From an uncultured delta proteobacterium (GTDB lineage Bacteria > Myxococcota > Myxococcia > Myxococcales > Anaeromyxobacteraceae), in NCBI GenBank assembly GCA_963845515.1, contig CAWJSR010000019.1, positions 1 to 64,000 on the forward strand: 64,000 nt of DNA, read 5' to 3'. The notes under the pieces were generated by a model. It did not search any database and had not been told where the DNA came from. It was given only the letters and a program-made list of their open reading frames with translations. Shown one piece after another: positions 1 to 12,649 of this stretch. Made by a program: the position numbers and the translations under genes. Each line of letters starts with the position of its first letter. Position 1 is the first letter of the stretch.

Positions 1-1166
1 GGATGGACGGAATCCGCGCCGGTCCTTCGCGGCCTGGGGCCGCTCTTCGTCCTCGCGGGGATCGTCTTCGCTGCGTCCGCCATCTTCGCGCTCGCCCTCC
101 GCGCCGCCCGCTGGGATGTCTCGGTCGCCTACGCGCAGATCTTCCTCGACGTCGGTGTCGCCACGGCAGTGGTCTCGATGACCGGCCGGAGCGAGAGCCT
201 CTTCCTCTTCCTCTTCTCACTCGCGGTCGTGAACGGCTCGATCCTGCTCTTCAGGAAGGGGGCGGCGGTCTCGGGGGCGCTCTCGGTGGCCGGGTACCTC
301 GGGCTGAACGCCCGGCTCCTCGACGCGCCGCCCGTCGCTGCCGTGACGCTCTTCACGCACGGTGCGGCCTTTGCGGCCACCGCGGTGCTCGCGTCCTACC
401 TGGCGGAGCAGCTCCGCTCCACCGGCGAGCGGCTGGCCGCGCGGGAGAGCAATCTCACGGAGATGGAGGCCGAGGTGCGGCGGAGCCAGCGGCTCGCCGA
501 CCTCGGGAGCCTCGCCGCGGGGCTCGCCCACGAGAATCCGCAACCCGCTCGCGTCGATGTCCGGCTCGATCGAGCTGCTCCGCGGCTCCGTCCGGGCCGG
601 CGGCGACGAGGCGCGCCTCATGGAGATCGTGCTGCGCGAGGCGGGGCGCTTGAACGACGCTCGTGACGCAGTTCCTCGCGTTCGCGCGTCCTGCGCCGCC
701 GCGGCGCCGGCACACCGATCTCGCGGCGCTCCTCGACGAGACCCTGAGCGTCTTCCGCAACGATCCGCAGGCAGGTGGCGTCAGGATCGAGGCGCGGCTC
801 GAGCCTGCGGCGGCCGACTGCGACCCCGATCAGGTGCGCCAGGTGACCTGGAACCTGCTCTCGAACGCGGCGCAGGCGCTCGCGGCCGCGGGACGGCAGG
901 GGGGCGGTGCGCTGCGAATCCGGTGTTACGCCACGTCCGAGGGGGCCGTCATCGAGGTCGAGGACGACGGGGTCGGCATGACGTCCGAGGAGCTGAACGG
1001 CATCTTCATCCCGTTCTTCACCACCAAGGCAAGCGGCACCGGGCTTGGGCTGGCGACAGTCCACCGCATCGTCGACGCCCACGGAGGGGTGATCCGGGTG
1101 GCCTCCCAGCCCGGCGCGGGCAGCCGCTTCACGGTCGTCTTGCCGGCGAGCCGCCCGACCGGGTAG
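1..1166 (+). CDS. pilS: Sensor histidine kinase PilS (5'-truncated by window edge, apparent frameshifts ~536 and ~660)
   Basis: TM segments then H-box LAAGLAHE(I)RNPL split across frames; ORF 663-1166 has N-box NLLSNAAQA, DDGVG, PFFTTK, GTGLGL; directly upstream of an NtrC-type regulator in a pil locus. Confidence 0.8.
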
Positions 1167-1176
1167 GGAAGGAGCC

Positions 1177-2547
<1,371 letters not shown>

Positions 2548-2548
2548 C

Positions 2549-5500
2549 TCACCTGCAGACGGGCTGGGTCGTGACGCCGTCCGCGTGGCGGCAGGCGTGC
2601 AGGTCCCGGTCGATCTCGACGAAGCCGGCGTCCTGCGTCGGGTCCACCGGGTCGGACTGGCCGACGTTGCTGGCCCCCTTCTCCGGGTCCACGGAGGGCA
2701 AGCCGACCACCACCTGCCCCAGCTGGTTGATGAAGACGGTCCTCTGGTCCCCGCCCTTGGGCACCTGGCTGTAGTCCGTAGTCGAGCGGACGTACTTGGA
2801 AGACGCGTCGTCGAAGAAGACGGGCGCGCCGGTGAGCGCGTTGGCGTTGTAGTGGTACGCGAGCCGCCGCGCCTCGGTGGTGCACTTGGAGGCCCGGCAC
2901 CCGCCGGAGGTCGCCAGCGTGCTGGTCGCGGAGGACGAGGGGTTCTGGGTGGTCTTCCAGGTGACGGTGGCGTTAGGGCCGAAGGCCGCGCCGGCCGTGG
3001 TCCGCTCGTCGCGCCAGTCCACGGTGAACTGGTGGTAGTCGATGGTCTGGGTGCCGTCGTGGTCGTAATAGAGCGCCCAGCCCTTCGAGCTGGCGTTGGC
3101 CCAGCTTGCGGGATCGATGGTCGAGGGTGACTCCGCCGCCCCGTGGATCACGATCCCGCTGGTGGCGGTGTAGGTCGACATGCCGGTCTGGTTGATGTTG
3201 AGGCGCGCCGCGTCGTACCGCTTCGCGCCGTCGAGATCCCAGAAGAGGTCGCGGCTGGTGTTCTTCTCCCAGACGAGGAGTGACATGAACCAGTTGCCGA
3301 CGTTGATGGGGTGGGTCAGGTGGTCGATGACGAGGTCGGCGCCGGGCGCCCCGCCCGTCGGCGTGCACCTGAAGTTGCCGTTCGCGTCCTCCAGGCAGCT
3401 CGCCCCCATGTCCTTGGTGGTGGAGGTGATGGCGCCGGGGCAGTTGGAGATGGTGATCTTCGCCCTGCCGTCGACCGAGCACGTGGTGAAGGCCGCGTCG
3501 GTCTCGGAGAGCGTCGGCGTGGTGGAGCAGGCGCCGTGCGAGAGCCCTCGCTGGGCCGAGCCGACGCCGTACGCCTGGACGTAGTTCTCGGTCGGGGTGA
3601 CATTCACCGTGCAGCCGCGCATGACGCAGGCCCGGATGTTGTCGGGACCGCACGTGCCGCCGTGCAGATCGAGCAGGTTGAAGCGATCTCCGGTGCCGAA
3701 GAAGGTGCGGTAGACGTGATCGACTCGCCTGGCGGGGCGATCGATGCATCTCCGGTGATGACGAAGATGGGCTGGCCCGAGCAGAGCTTGCAGTCGCCGA
3801 CGAGCCCCATCTGGAAGACGCGGGCGCCGAACCAGTTCTCCACCCTTCCGTCGGCGCCCAGCTGGCCGGGGGTGAAGAAGCGAAGCGCCCAGAGCTGGCC
3901 GCCCGCGTCGCTGAAGGTGGCGGTGTCGAAGAAGAAGTCGTGCGAGGGTGCGCTCTCCCTTCGCACCGCGTCACGTCCCCATGCGCTCATCCCGATCGTG
4001 CCTGGGACGGGGAAGCGGAGGTTGCGGCGGGGATCTCCCGTGTCGACCGAGGCGTCGGTCTGGTTCGGGTAGCTGAAGTCGAAGAGCTCGTTGCCGGCCC
4101 AGACGTCCACCATGTGGACGCCACGTCCCCGGACGTACTGCGGATCGAAGCCGCCGTTCAGGAAGACCACCCACCGCTCGTGGTAGGGCGTGGACGTCGT
4201 GGTGGCGGCCAGGGCGCCGGGGACGTTCACCGACGGCGTCTTCGCGTGCAGGGCGTCGGCGCCGGCGGCGGAGACCCCCAGCCGGACGGGGGCGATCGGC
4301 GGCGGAGAGGGCAGGAAGTCGTCGTAGGTCTCCCCGAAGGTCAGGCTCTCCGGGTCTCCGGGCTGCGGGTAGATCCAGAGGAGCTTCGGCTTGCGGTCGA
4401 AGGTGACGCCGCCCACTTGCGCCGAGGTCACGCCGTCGGCGTTGGTCACGTCGAGCGCGAAGAAGCGCGTCCCTCCACGCCGCTCGCCGACCACGGCCAC
4501 CGTGTGGAACTCCTGCGCCTGCTTGACGTCGTCCGGCGCGGTCGCGGCCGCCATCTGGTTGGAGGAGCCGTCCGCCCAGACGTCGCGGACCATGGCCGTA
4601 CCGTCCACGTAGTACTGGTGCACGGTCTTCATCAGGAGCGGGAGCTTGGAGATGAGGTCCGGTGGCAGGAAGGCCCAGAGCTCCTCGGCGGTGCCGCGGT
4701 CGAAGTACCCGTTGAACGGGGCCTCCGACTCCTTCACGGCGCTCGTGTAGAGATCGTCCTTGCCGGCCTGCCAGGTCCCCGCGTGGAACGCGTGAAGGAG
4801 GCCGTCGTTGGCGCCGACCAGGATGAACTTGTCGCGGTTGTAGTAGCGCGCGCTCAGCGAGAAGCCGTCATAGCCGGCGGCGCCGCTGTCGGTGGGGGTC
4901 GCCCAGAGCGACGGGAGGCACTGGACGCTCAGCCCGAGGTTGCACAGGATGCCCTCCCGCGGCAGCGGCGGGCTGACGACCTGCGGTGACGAGTGGAAGA
5001 TGTCGCCCAGCTTGAAGTTGCGGTCGCCGAGGTCGTCCTGGTTCCCCTGCGGATAGGCGGGCGCCGGGTTGCCAAGCTCGTTGAAGACGTCGGCGCCGGC
5101 CACGTACCGGATGATGGCCTTCGCGCACTCGAGCGGCGACGCGGCTACCGTCGCCGCGTTCACGGTGTCTCCCGCCTGGTTGAGCAGGTTGGAGACCTCG
5201 GCGCACGTTGAGCCACCCGTCGAGGACGTCCCCAGCCCCAGGTAGGGGACGATCTTCTGCGCCGCGGCGGCGATGACCGTGCCGGTCGCCGTGTCGATCA
5301 GCGGGAAGGTCGTGTCATACCCGTCGATCCGGCCGTCCTGTACACCCGCAGGGCCCGAGTCGTCGGTCACCGTGTAGATGCTCCGGCTCTTCCAGCTTCG
5401 GGCTGCGAGCTTCGCGCCCGCGTCCCAGAACGGCACGGCCGGTGCGCTGCCCGACTTGGAGCAGGCCGTCGTCGACGTCGACGAGGTGCAGGCGGGTGCC

Positions 5501-7615
5501 TGCGTGCACAGCGCCTTGTCTGGCGGGTCGTTGCGGACGAACGCGCCGGTGCCGTCCTCGCCGATGAGGCTGCGGTTAGCGTCCGACCCCGTGGTGGGCT
5601 GGTCCTGGAGGAAGACGCTCGCGCACACGCCGTCGCAGTCCAGGTCGCCGGCGCCGCCGGGGGTGCAGCCGTTCACGAACTCCGAGTAGAGATCGAAGCG
5701 GAGGAGGTGTCCCTCCCAGTGCGCCGTCTTGTTCGGGTCGAAGCGGGGGATGATGACCGCGCGCCCGGCGGTCGTCTGTAGGGTCGAGATCGTGGCCACG
5801 GAGAACGAGGTGGAGCGCGTCGAGATCTCCTGCAGGAGCTGGTTCAGCCGCTCCTTGAGCATGGCCGGATCCTCGGCCGCCACCGCGATTCCGCCTCCGG
5901 CTGCGGCGGTGTGCTGGAGGACCTGCCCCGCCTTCGGGTTCTGCGCGATGCCGAAGCCGACGGTGTAGGTCTGGATCCGCTGGACGCCACCCATGAGCGT
6001 GCAGTCGAGCGGCTTCTCGCTGTTCTCGCGCAGGTCCATGTTCTGCAGGTACCAGGCGACGCGCGGGAGGTTGTTGAGGTAGTCCTCGCCGCCCGAGAAG
6101 GCGGCGCAGTCCTTCGTGCACGCCAGGTTGGTGCCGGTCCCGGCGCCGATCCCGGTGATCCCGGTCGTGGAGGTGCCCGCGTAGGTCCCCGCTGCGACGT
6201 CGTCCGCCGTGGTCGTCCCGGTGGGGAGCGTGGTGGAGCCCTCATCGAAGGTCGGGACGCCGCCGGAGATGACTATGACCGTGCTCACCTGGCAGACGGA
6301 GCAGATGGACGCCTGGTTGGCGTTGTAGTTCCCGGCGCCGTTCGCGGTGAACCAGGGGAGGGTCGGCGAGTGGTAGTGGTCCCCGAGGTCGAGGAGGGCC
6401 TTGGAGAGCGGGCGCGTGGAGCCGGTGAACTGGATTGAGTCGTTCAGCGCCTTCGCGTAGGTGGACCGGTTGTTCTGGAAGCTCGAGCCTTCGGGCATGC
6501 CGCAGCTCGGGTTGAAGTCCTGGAAGACGGTCGCCCCGGCGTCGACGGTCTTGGCGAGGGCCATGCGGACCTTGATCTGGTTCGCGATGACGTCCTTCAC
6601 GATCTTCCTGGCCGACAGGAACTTCGGCGGGAAGAAGTTCAGGTAGTTCCCCGTGTACCAGATGCTCGGGTACTGCCCGGAGTAGGTGCCCGACGAGCCG
6701 AGGATGAAGCCGTCGAAGTACCAGCCCTTCGTGGCGAGGCAGGTGTTGCAGATCGAGGCGCGGGTGACGCCGCCTTGCGTCCCGGTCTGCGTCGCGCAGA
6801 ACTCGGCCGCCGTTCCTGGGGCGGAGTTGCTCGTCTTGAAGGGGTAGACGGCGGTGTCGGACCAGCCGTCCCCGAAGTCGTGTCCGAACGCGTTGTTGAC
6901 GAAGTCCATGGCCCCGAGCTGGATGCCGTTGTCGTGGATGACGAGCCCGGCCGAAGAAGTTGGGCGAGTTGTTGCCGCCGGGGTTCATGGGGTCCGCGGC
7001 GGTGTAGAAGTCGGGGTCGTAGCCCGGGATGCCGTACTCGACGGTGTCGCCAGCCAGCTTCAGGTGCGGGCACGCGCCCATGGCGGCGGCGTAGTCGGTG
7101 GACTGCCCCAGGTAGGTGCCGGGGTTGACGAGCGTGCTGAGCGCGGCGGCGGTGCAGGGTGGGTAGAAGCGCCGCGCGTCCAGCGACTTCGCGAAGTCAT
7201 ATCCGGTCCACCCGGTCGCGCCGGAGGAGACCGCGTCGAGGCCGCAGCCGGCGACCCGGGCGCTGTCGGCCTGGGTGGCGTCGGCGACGTTGGTGAGGTA
7301 GTGGACGACCCCCTCGGGCGGGTAGCTGGGCGCGAGACTTCCCAGGTGACCCGGGCCGTCGGGCGGCAACATCTGCATCGCCGCCGACGCGTCGAAGAGG
7401 ACCATGATGTTCGGGAAGCCGTTGTCCCGGTAGAGGAAGTCGAGATCCTCTCCGCCGGACGGGTTCAGGTAGCCGTCCATCGCGCTCGCGGCGAGGAGCC
7501 CGCGGGCCGCGGCGTTGGAGTCACACGGCACCGAGTCGGCGGCGTAAGGGGAAAGCATGGCCGCGGCGGCGGCGCCGAGGGCGAGGGTGCGCAGCGAAAG
7601 CTTGGGGGTGGGCAT
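2549..7615 (-). CDS. pilY1: PilY1/PilC type IV pilus tip adhesin, ~1690 aa (frameshifts ~6950 and ~3700-3750)
   Basis: Signal peptide (MPTPKLSLRTLALGAAAAAML); vWA-like region; PilC beta-propeller motifs LGDIFHSSP, VGANDGLLHAF, ELWAFLPP, YYVDG, GERRGG, FALDVT; last gene of a minor pilin cluster. Confidence 0.85.
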
Positions 7616-7630
7616 GGTTTCGCTCGCTTC

Positions 7631-8191
7631 CTAGAACATCAGCCCTGTGGTGAACTCGACCTCGGTCTCGCGGCCGTCGCGGTCCCTGCACCGCGCCACG
7701 AAGGCGTAGGCGGTGGTCGCGTTGCCGCCCACCGCCGTGCCGGGCAGGACCGTGTTGGTCAGCGCCACCGCGTCGGCGGCCCCAGCGGCGCTCCCCTGCA
7801 GCGGCACGACGAACCGCCGCAGCTCTATGACCTGGAGCGGGTCGCTCGCTGCGCTCGCAGCGTAGTGCGCAGGCGCTGAGAGCGCGGTGCCGTTCGAGAG
7901 GGTCACGCGGGTCTCCGCAAGGCTGGTGCGGAGGCGCGCGGAGCCGAACCTCGCCAGCTCGGCCCAGACCACGAGCCGCGCGGCGTTCGCGCAGGCCGCC
8001 ATACGGTCGCGCGTCCCCTTCGCGGACGAGTTGGTCCGCTCCTGGGAGCCGAGCGAGACCGTCGCGGCGCCGATCAACGCCAGCACGCGAGCAGCACCAT
8101 GACGAGCAGCGAGCGTGCTGCCGCGGGCGTGCGCGCGGGTTCGAATGCGATGAGCTGGGTCATCTCTGGTGCTCTCCGGTGCTGAGGCCAT
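7631..8191 (-). CDS. pilX: PilX-like minor pilin
   Basis: ATG at 8191 overlaps the pilW stop; after compensating indels near 8090-8110 it reads RG|STLLLVMVLL(A)VLALIG, a prepilin N-terminus lacking E5 as typical of PilX; lies just before pilY1. Confidence 0.65.
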   Translation of the reverse strand: MASAPESTRDDPAHRIRTRAHARGSTLAARHGAARVLALIGAATVSLGSQERTNSSAKGTRDRMAACANAARLVVWAELARFGSARLRTSLAETRVTLSNGTALSAPAHYAASAASDPLQVIELRRFVVPLQGSAAGAADAVALTNTVLPGTAVGGNATTAYAFVARCRDRDGRETEVEFTTGLMF

Positions 8192-9485
8192 CAGAAGTAG
8201 GTCATCGTGCGAACGGTCATGTTCGGCAGGTTGACGCTCGTCTCGGCGACGGTGCGCTGGTAGCCGTCGTTGCCATCGACCATCACGTCGGTGATCCACG
8301 CCGGCGCGCCACTCTGGTTGAGGCGAAAGAGCGAGGAGCCGGCCGTCCAGGAGTGGTTGGAGCGGCCTCCGGGCTCTGGAGTCGGTGAGCGGGCCACCAC
8401 CGAGAGGAGGACGCGCCGGATGTTGGCCTGTGCGTTCGTCCCACGTATGGCGGGGACCGGGAGCGTCGTGACGCTGTACTTGTAGAAGCTCGAGAGCTCG
8501 TAGGGTTCGGTGGTGGACGCGCCGGTCCCCGGAAAGTCGGTCAGCGCGATCGTCTCGGCCGCGGCCGCGGGGGCGGCCGTGGACAGGGCGATGGGCGTGT
8601 CGGACACCGCGCCGACCGGCGCGAGCGAGGGCGCCGCGAACAGGTAGGCGACCTGCAGGTTCTCGATCCCGTCGGCGATCAGGATCTCGTCGTCCAGCTC
8701 GATGTCGCCGTCCCCGTCCGTGTCGGTGCCGGTGTCGAGGACCAGGTAGGGATCGTAGCGGTTGCCACCGAGCGCCACCGGCCGCGACGTGGAAGCGGTA
8801 CCGATCGATCTGGAAGAGCCTGAGGTTCGAAGCGATCGGGTTTGCGCAGGCCAGCGAGGTGAGCACGTCGTGGCGGCGGAAGGGATCGGCGGTGACCGAC
8901 GGCTCGAGCTGGACGGTCAGTGGACCGGGCGCCGTCGCGGCGGAGGACACCTTCACGGTCGTGAGGACGGTGAAGTAGGTGTACTGCAGGGTCCCGGCGC
9001 AGACCGCCTGCAGGATCTGCCCCTTCCGGAAGACGTCTCCCGGGCGAGCGGTGATCTCCACCGTGTCGCCTGCGTGGGCGCTCAGGGTCCAGGCCCGGCT
9101 CAGCGTGGCGGCGGTGCTCGGGTCGGTGCTGGCAGGATCCACCCAGAACGACGGGTTCCGCGCGTAGAAGATCAGCTCGTCCGAGTCGTCGACCTTGTCG
9201 CGATCGCACGGCGTGAGCTCGGAAGGGCAGAAGCCGGCGGCCGGCGTGTACCACTGGAAGTCCAGGGCGAGCGGCGCGTCCATGCCGTAGCCGGCGAGCG
9301 CCACCTTCTGCTCCAGGTAGAGGAGGGCCGCGCGCGCCGAGTTCTGCGCGGTGCGCACGCGGTTGCCGGCGCTGTATGCCCGCTCCTGCGCGTTGGCGGC
9401 GACGATGGCGGCCGCCACGGCGATCGAGGTGATCCGGAGCGCGACCATGATCTCTACCAGCGTAACCCCACGCGATGGAGCGCAT
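8191..9485 (-). CDS. pilW: PilW-like minor pilin (frameshifts ~9465 and ~8785)
   Basis: G(V/F)TLVEIMVAL prepilin motif; AQNSARAALLYLEQKVALAGYG; IADGIENLQVAY typical of PilW; DTDGDGD acidic loop. Confidence 0.75.
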
Positions 9486-9491
9486 GTCGTG

Positions 9492-10085
9492 TCACCGGTA
9501 GGCGGCCGCGAAGGCGGAGAAGAGCCCGGTTCGAGACCTGCGTGAGGAGGACCACCTCGCGCAGGCCGGGGAGGCTCGGTTCACGGTAGGTGACCGAGAC
9601 GGCGATCCCCTTGACGCCGCCGGTGGTGGTCGCGGTGTCCGTCTGCCAGACCTGCCAGCGCCGCTGGAAGCGGGGGCGGCCGCCGTCCAGCGGGTCGTGG
9701 CCGTAGAGCGCCACGATCTCCGGCGTCGGTCGTCGCGTCGCGATGGACGCCGGAGTCGTCCACTCCTTGAAGCCCGGAGTGCGGGAGCGAGTTGCGGTCC
9801 CGGCAGGACGCTCCCGAACTCAGCGGGGGGCGTCGCGCCCGTGAAGTCCGCCGGCGTCAGGTGCGGGTCGTCGGGCGGTAGCTGCTCGATCGCCGCGACC
9901 AGCTGGTGCGCGACCTGCAGCGCCTGCGAGTGCGCCCGGGCGCCCGCCGTGGAGGTCATGCCGAGGATCTGGAGCTGCATCATCCCGAGGATCCCGACGA
10001 GCAGGATGGAGAGCGCGATCATCGCCTCCAGGAGGGTGGTGCCGCGGTCGATTGGCCGGAGAGCGTTGGGAGTCATGGTTCTCAC
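9492..10085 (-). CDS. pilV: PilV-like minor pilin (frameshifted)
   Basis: RG|TTLLEAMIALSILLVGILGMM N-terminus; C-terminal FQRRWQV..GVKGIAVSVTYRE in another frame. Confidence 0.7.
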   Translation of the reverse strand: MRTMTPNALRPIDRGTTLLEAMIALSILLVGILGMMQLQILGMTSTAGARAHSQALQVAHQLVAAIEQLPPDDPHLTPADFTGATPPAEFGSVLPGPQLAPALRASRSGRLRRPSRRDDRRRRSWRSTATTRWTAAAPASSGAGRSGRRTPRPPPAASRGSPSRSPTVNRASPACARWSSSRRSRTGLFSAFAAAYR

Positions 10086-10751
10086 CTACAGGCCGAAGGT
10101 CTTGACGATGCCGCTGGGCGAGGCGACGACCAGCCCGCGCGTCTCGGAGAGCATCTCGGTTCCGAGGGCGAGGACGACGCCGCGGAGCGTCGCGTCCGTC
10201 CCCGCGGCCCCCTCGACGAGGACGTCGCCGTTGGGGCTGAAGCGGACGGCCATGCAGGCGCGACCGTCGCAAGTGGTGGTGAAGGCCGTGTCGAGGGCGC
10301 TGAGTGGGTTGGCGGTGGTGGGTCCACCGAAGGGCGGTGGTGCCTCGCGCCCAAGCCGCTCGGTCGCGAAGCGGATCCCCTTGCCCAGGTCCACCGTCTC
10401 CCGGATCGACGCGTTCGTCGTCGGCGACGAGGGCAAGAAGGCGCCCAGCCTCCAGGCCGGCGTCGGATCCTGCAGGACGTAGAGGCGGGCGCACCGGCCA
10501 GGGGTCCCGAACATGCAGCCGGTGCCGTCGTTGCCCGGCGCGTCGACGAAGACCGCGATGAGCGTCCGCTGGTCGGCGAGCGCCCTCGTCCGGAGCCCCT
10601 GCATTCGCATGAGCAGGTCGAACGAGACGCCGTTTACGCTCGCGTTGCGGGTGGCGGCGCGCATCGTCGGGAAGGCGATGGCGGCGACGATGCCGATGAT
10701 CGCGACGGTGATCATGAGCTCGATGAGCGTGAAGCCGTGGGTCTTCCTCAT
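10086..10751 (-). CDS. fimU: FimU/FimT (GspH-like) minor pilin
   Basis: Intact ORF, HG|FTLIELMITVAIIGIVAAIAFP; first gene of the fimU-pilV-pilW-pilX-pilY1 order. Confidence 0.75.
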   Translation of the reverse strand: MRKTHGFTLIELMITVAIIGIVAAIAFPTMRAATRNASVNGVSFDLLMRMQGLRTRALADQRTLIAVFVDAPGNDGTGCMFGTPGRCARLYVLQDPTPAWRLGAFLPSSPTTNASIRETVDLGKGIRFATERLGREAPPPFGGPTTANPLSALDTAFTTTCDGRACMAVRFSPNGDVLVEGAAGTDATLRGVVLALGTEMLSETRGLVVASPSGIVKTFGL

Positions 10752-10765
10752 GCCCCCATAGATGT

Positions 10766-10781
10766 AGCAAGAAGCCGGCCC
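10766..10781 (-). promoter_or_regulatory. Putative sigma-54 (-24/-12) promoter of the minor pilin operon
   Basis: Minus strand GGGCCGGCTTCTTGCT = GG-N10-GC with TTGCT at -12, about 15 nt before the fimU ATG. Confidence 0.5.
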
Positions 10782-10906
10782 GCCCGAGCCCTGGTAAAGC
10801 GCAGTGACTTCGCGCCGATGACGGCTGACCGCGGGGCGCGATCAGGCAAGACTTTCACCGTCCTGAAAAGAAGTCATGTGGGCCCCGGCCCACACGCGAG
10901 GGGCTG

Positions 10907-11683
10907 CTAGCGAAGGTCGCGCCTGCCGAAGACCGCCGCGCTCAGCGCCACCACTGCGATCGTGTAGAGGATGCCGTAGCCGAAGGCGAGCGCCAGGGTC
11001 GAGCCGGCGAGCGCGTCCTTGTAGACCATAGCTTCCTTGAAGTTGAGCGCCTCCAGGTTCGGCACGACGGCGTAGAGGAGCCTGCCGAACCACGCCGCCG
11101 CCGCCCCCTGCTTCTCCCAGTAGCGCACCAGGTCGCTCGCGAGGTGGCCCGCGACGACTAGCGACAGGGTGAAGATCGCCGAGAGCGTCGCGGTCGTGAA
11201 GGTCGAGAAGAGGACGGCGACCGCGGCGACCATCGCGAACTGGAGCGCGAGCGCGCCGAGGGTGGCGAGGAGCGGTGTCTCGCGCACGAAGCCGAGCCCA
11301 CCCAGGTAGAAGGCCAGCACGCTGACGAAGAAGACCGCCATCACGGCCAGGTTCAGCGTCGTCGTGGTGACGAGCCCGGCGTACCGCCCGGCGACGTACT
11401 CCGCGCGCGAGACCGGCTTCGCCACGATGGGAAAGACCGTCTTGCGCTCGACGTCGCCGGCGATGAGCGCCGCGCCGAGGAAGGCCGCGATGAGCGTGCC
11501 GAAGACCTCCATCGCGGAGAGCCCCAGGTCCACGATGATCCGGTACTGCTCACCGAAGGTGAGCGTCGAGATCATGAACGAACCGGAGACGAGCGCGAGC
11601 GCGAAGATCAACAGATTCACCGCCAGCTTCTGGCGGATGGCCTCCTTGAACGTGACGGCGGCGATGACGGCAATCCGTGTCAC
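10907..11683 (-). CDS. pilI: ABC-2 type permease PilI
   Basis: Multi-TM 258 aa; TFKEAIRQK start and DVERKTVFPIVAKPVSRAEYVAGRY motif; pil locus context. Confidence 0.75.
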   Translation of the reverse strand: MTRIAVIAAVTFKEAIRQKLAVNLLIFALALVSGSFMISTLTFGEQYRIIVDLGLSAMEVFGTLIAAFLGAALIAGDVERKTVFPIVAKPVSRAEYVAGRYAGLVTTTTLNLAVMAVFFVSVLAFYLGGLGFVRETPLLATLGALALQFAMVAAVAVLFSTFTTATLSAIFTLSLVVAGHLASDLVRYWEKQGAAAAWFGRLLYAVVPNLEALNFKEAMVYKDALAGSTLALAFGYGILYTIAVVALSAAVFGRRDLR

Positions 11684-12584
11684 TTCGACGCTCCTTTCGG
11701 GCTCGGCGGATCTTGTACCTGAACTCGGCCGCGTGCGGCCCCTCGCGCAGCGTGAAGCGGAAGGGGTTGGCGGTCGAGCGCACCCGCCGCTCCCAGCCGT
11801 TCCATGCGTAGCGCCCGCCGAACGGATCCGCGGGGAGGGCGCGCACGAACCCCTCGCGCACGAGGTCGTCCAGCGAGCCGAGCGGCCGGTCGCGCTCCCG
11901 CTCGTACCGCGCCACCGCCGCCTCCAGCGCCTGCGCGTCGCGCTCGACGTAGGCGAGCTTCAACTGCTCCTCGAGCCGCGCCCGGGTCACCGGATCCTTC
12001 ACGGTCTCCATCAGGTCGCGCAGCATCCCGATGGCGTCCTCAGGCGTGCCGGACTTGGCCTTCAGGGAGAGCGCGAGCCGGCTTATGTTGGCCGAGGCGC
12101 CGGGGGTCCGCGCGGCTATCTCGGCCCAGCGGGCTCCTTCCGCGTAGTCGCCGCGGTAGAACCAGGCGTTGAACGAGAGGTAGAAGGGGAAGGTCCAGTA
12201 GGGCGGCCCCCGTTCCATTCCCTTCACGAGGATCCGGTCGCTCTCGTCGAAGCGTCCAGCGGCCGAGAGGACTATCCCGGCGGTCTGGTAGGCGTACCCG
12301 TGACGCGGGTCGAGGTCGGTGACCAGATCCGCGAGCGGGTAGAGCTTCTCCCAGCCGCGCTTGTCGCCCATCGGGTCGCCGATGTACTGGACGGTGGCGA
12401 GCCAATAGAGGTCGGAGGCGAAGGTGCGGTGGCCGAGCGCCGCGACGCGCGCCACGGAGCCGCGCGGCACCTGGAGCACGTCGTAGGCACGCTGCAGGGC
12501 GCGGGAGGCGAGCGCGAGATCGAGCGCCGTGGCGCCGGCGAGGGCGACTGCGAAGACGGCGAGGAGGCGCGCTGTGGAACGCAT
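11680..12584 (-). CDS. pilG: PilG-like pilus assembly protein (TPR-like; likely frameshift ~11705, true stop probably overlapping pilI start)
   Basis: LGHRTFASDLYWLATVQYIG, LVTDLDP..YAY motifs; immediately downstream of pilA as for myxobacterial pilG. Confidence 0.7.
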
Positions 12585-12586
12585 TC

Positions 12587-12626
12587 GAAAACAGAGGGGG
12601 CCGCCCGACGGCTGCCGGGCGGCCCC
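12587..12626 (-). terminator. Intrinsic terminator or stabilising hairpin after pilA
   Basis: Perfect 11-bp stem GGGGCCGCCCG/CGGGCGGCCCC (12597-12607/12616-12626) followed on the minus strand by CTCTGTTTT. Confidence 0.7.
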
Positions 12627-12649
12627 ATGTTAGCCGAGGTCCGTAAGGA

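Noticed and set aside
2549..7615. CxxC motifs in PilY1 as c-type haem sites
   Set aside because: None is followed by His (no CxxCH).
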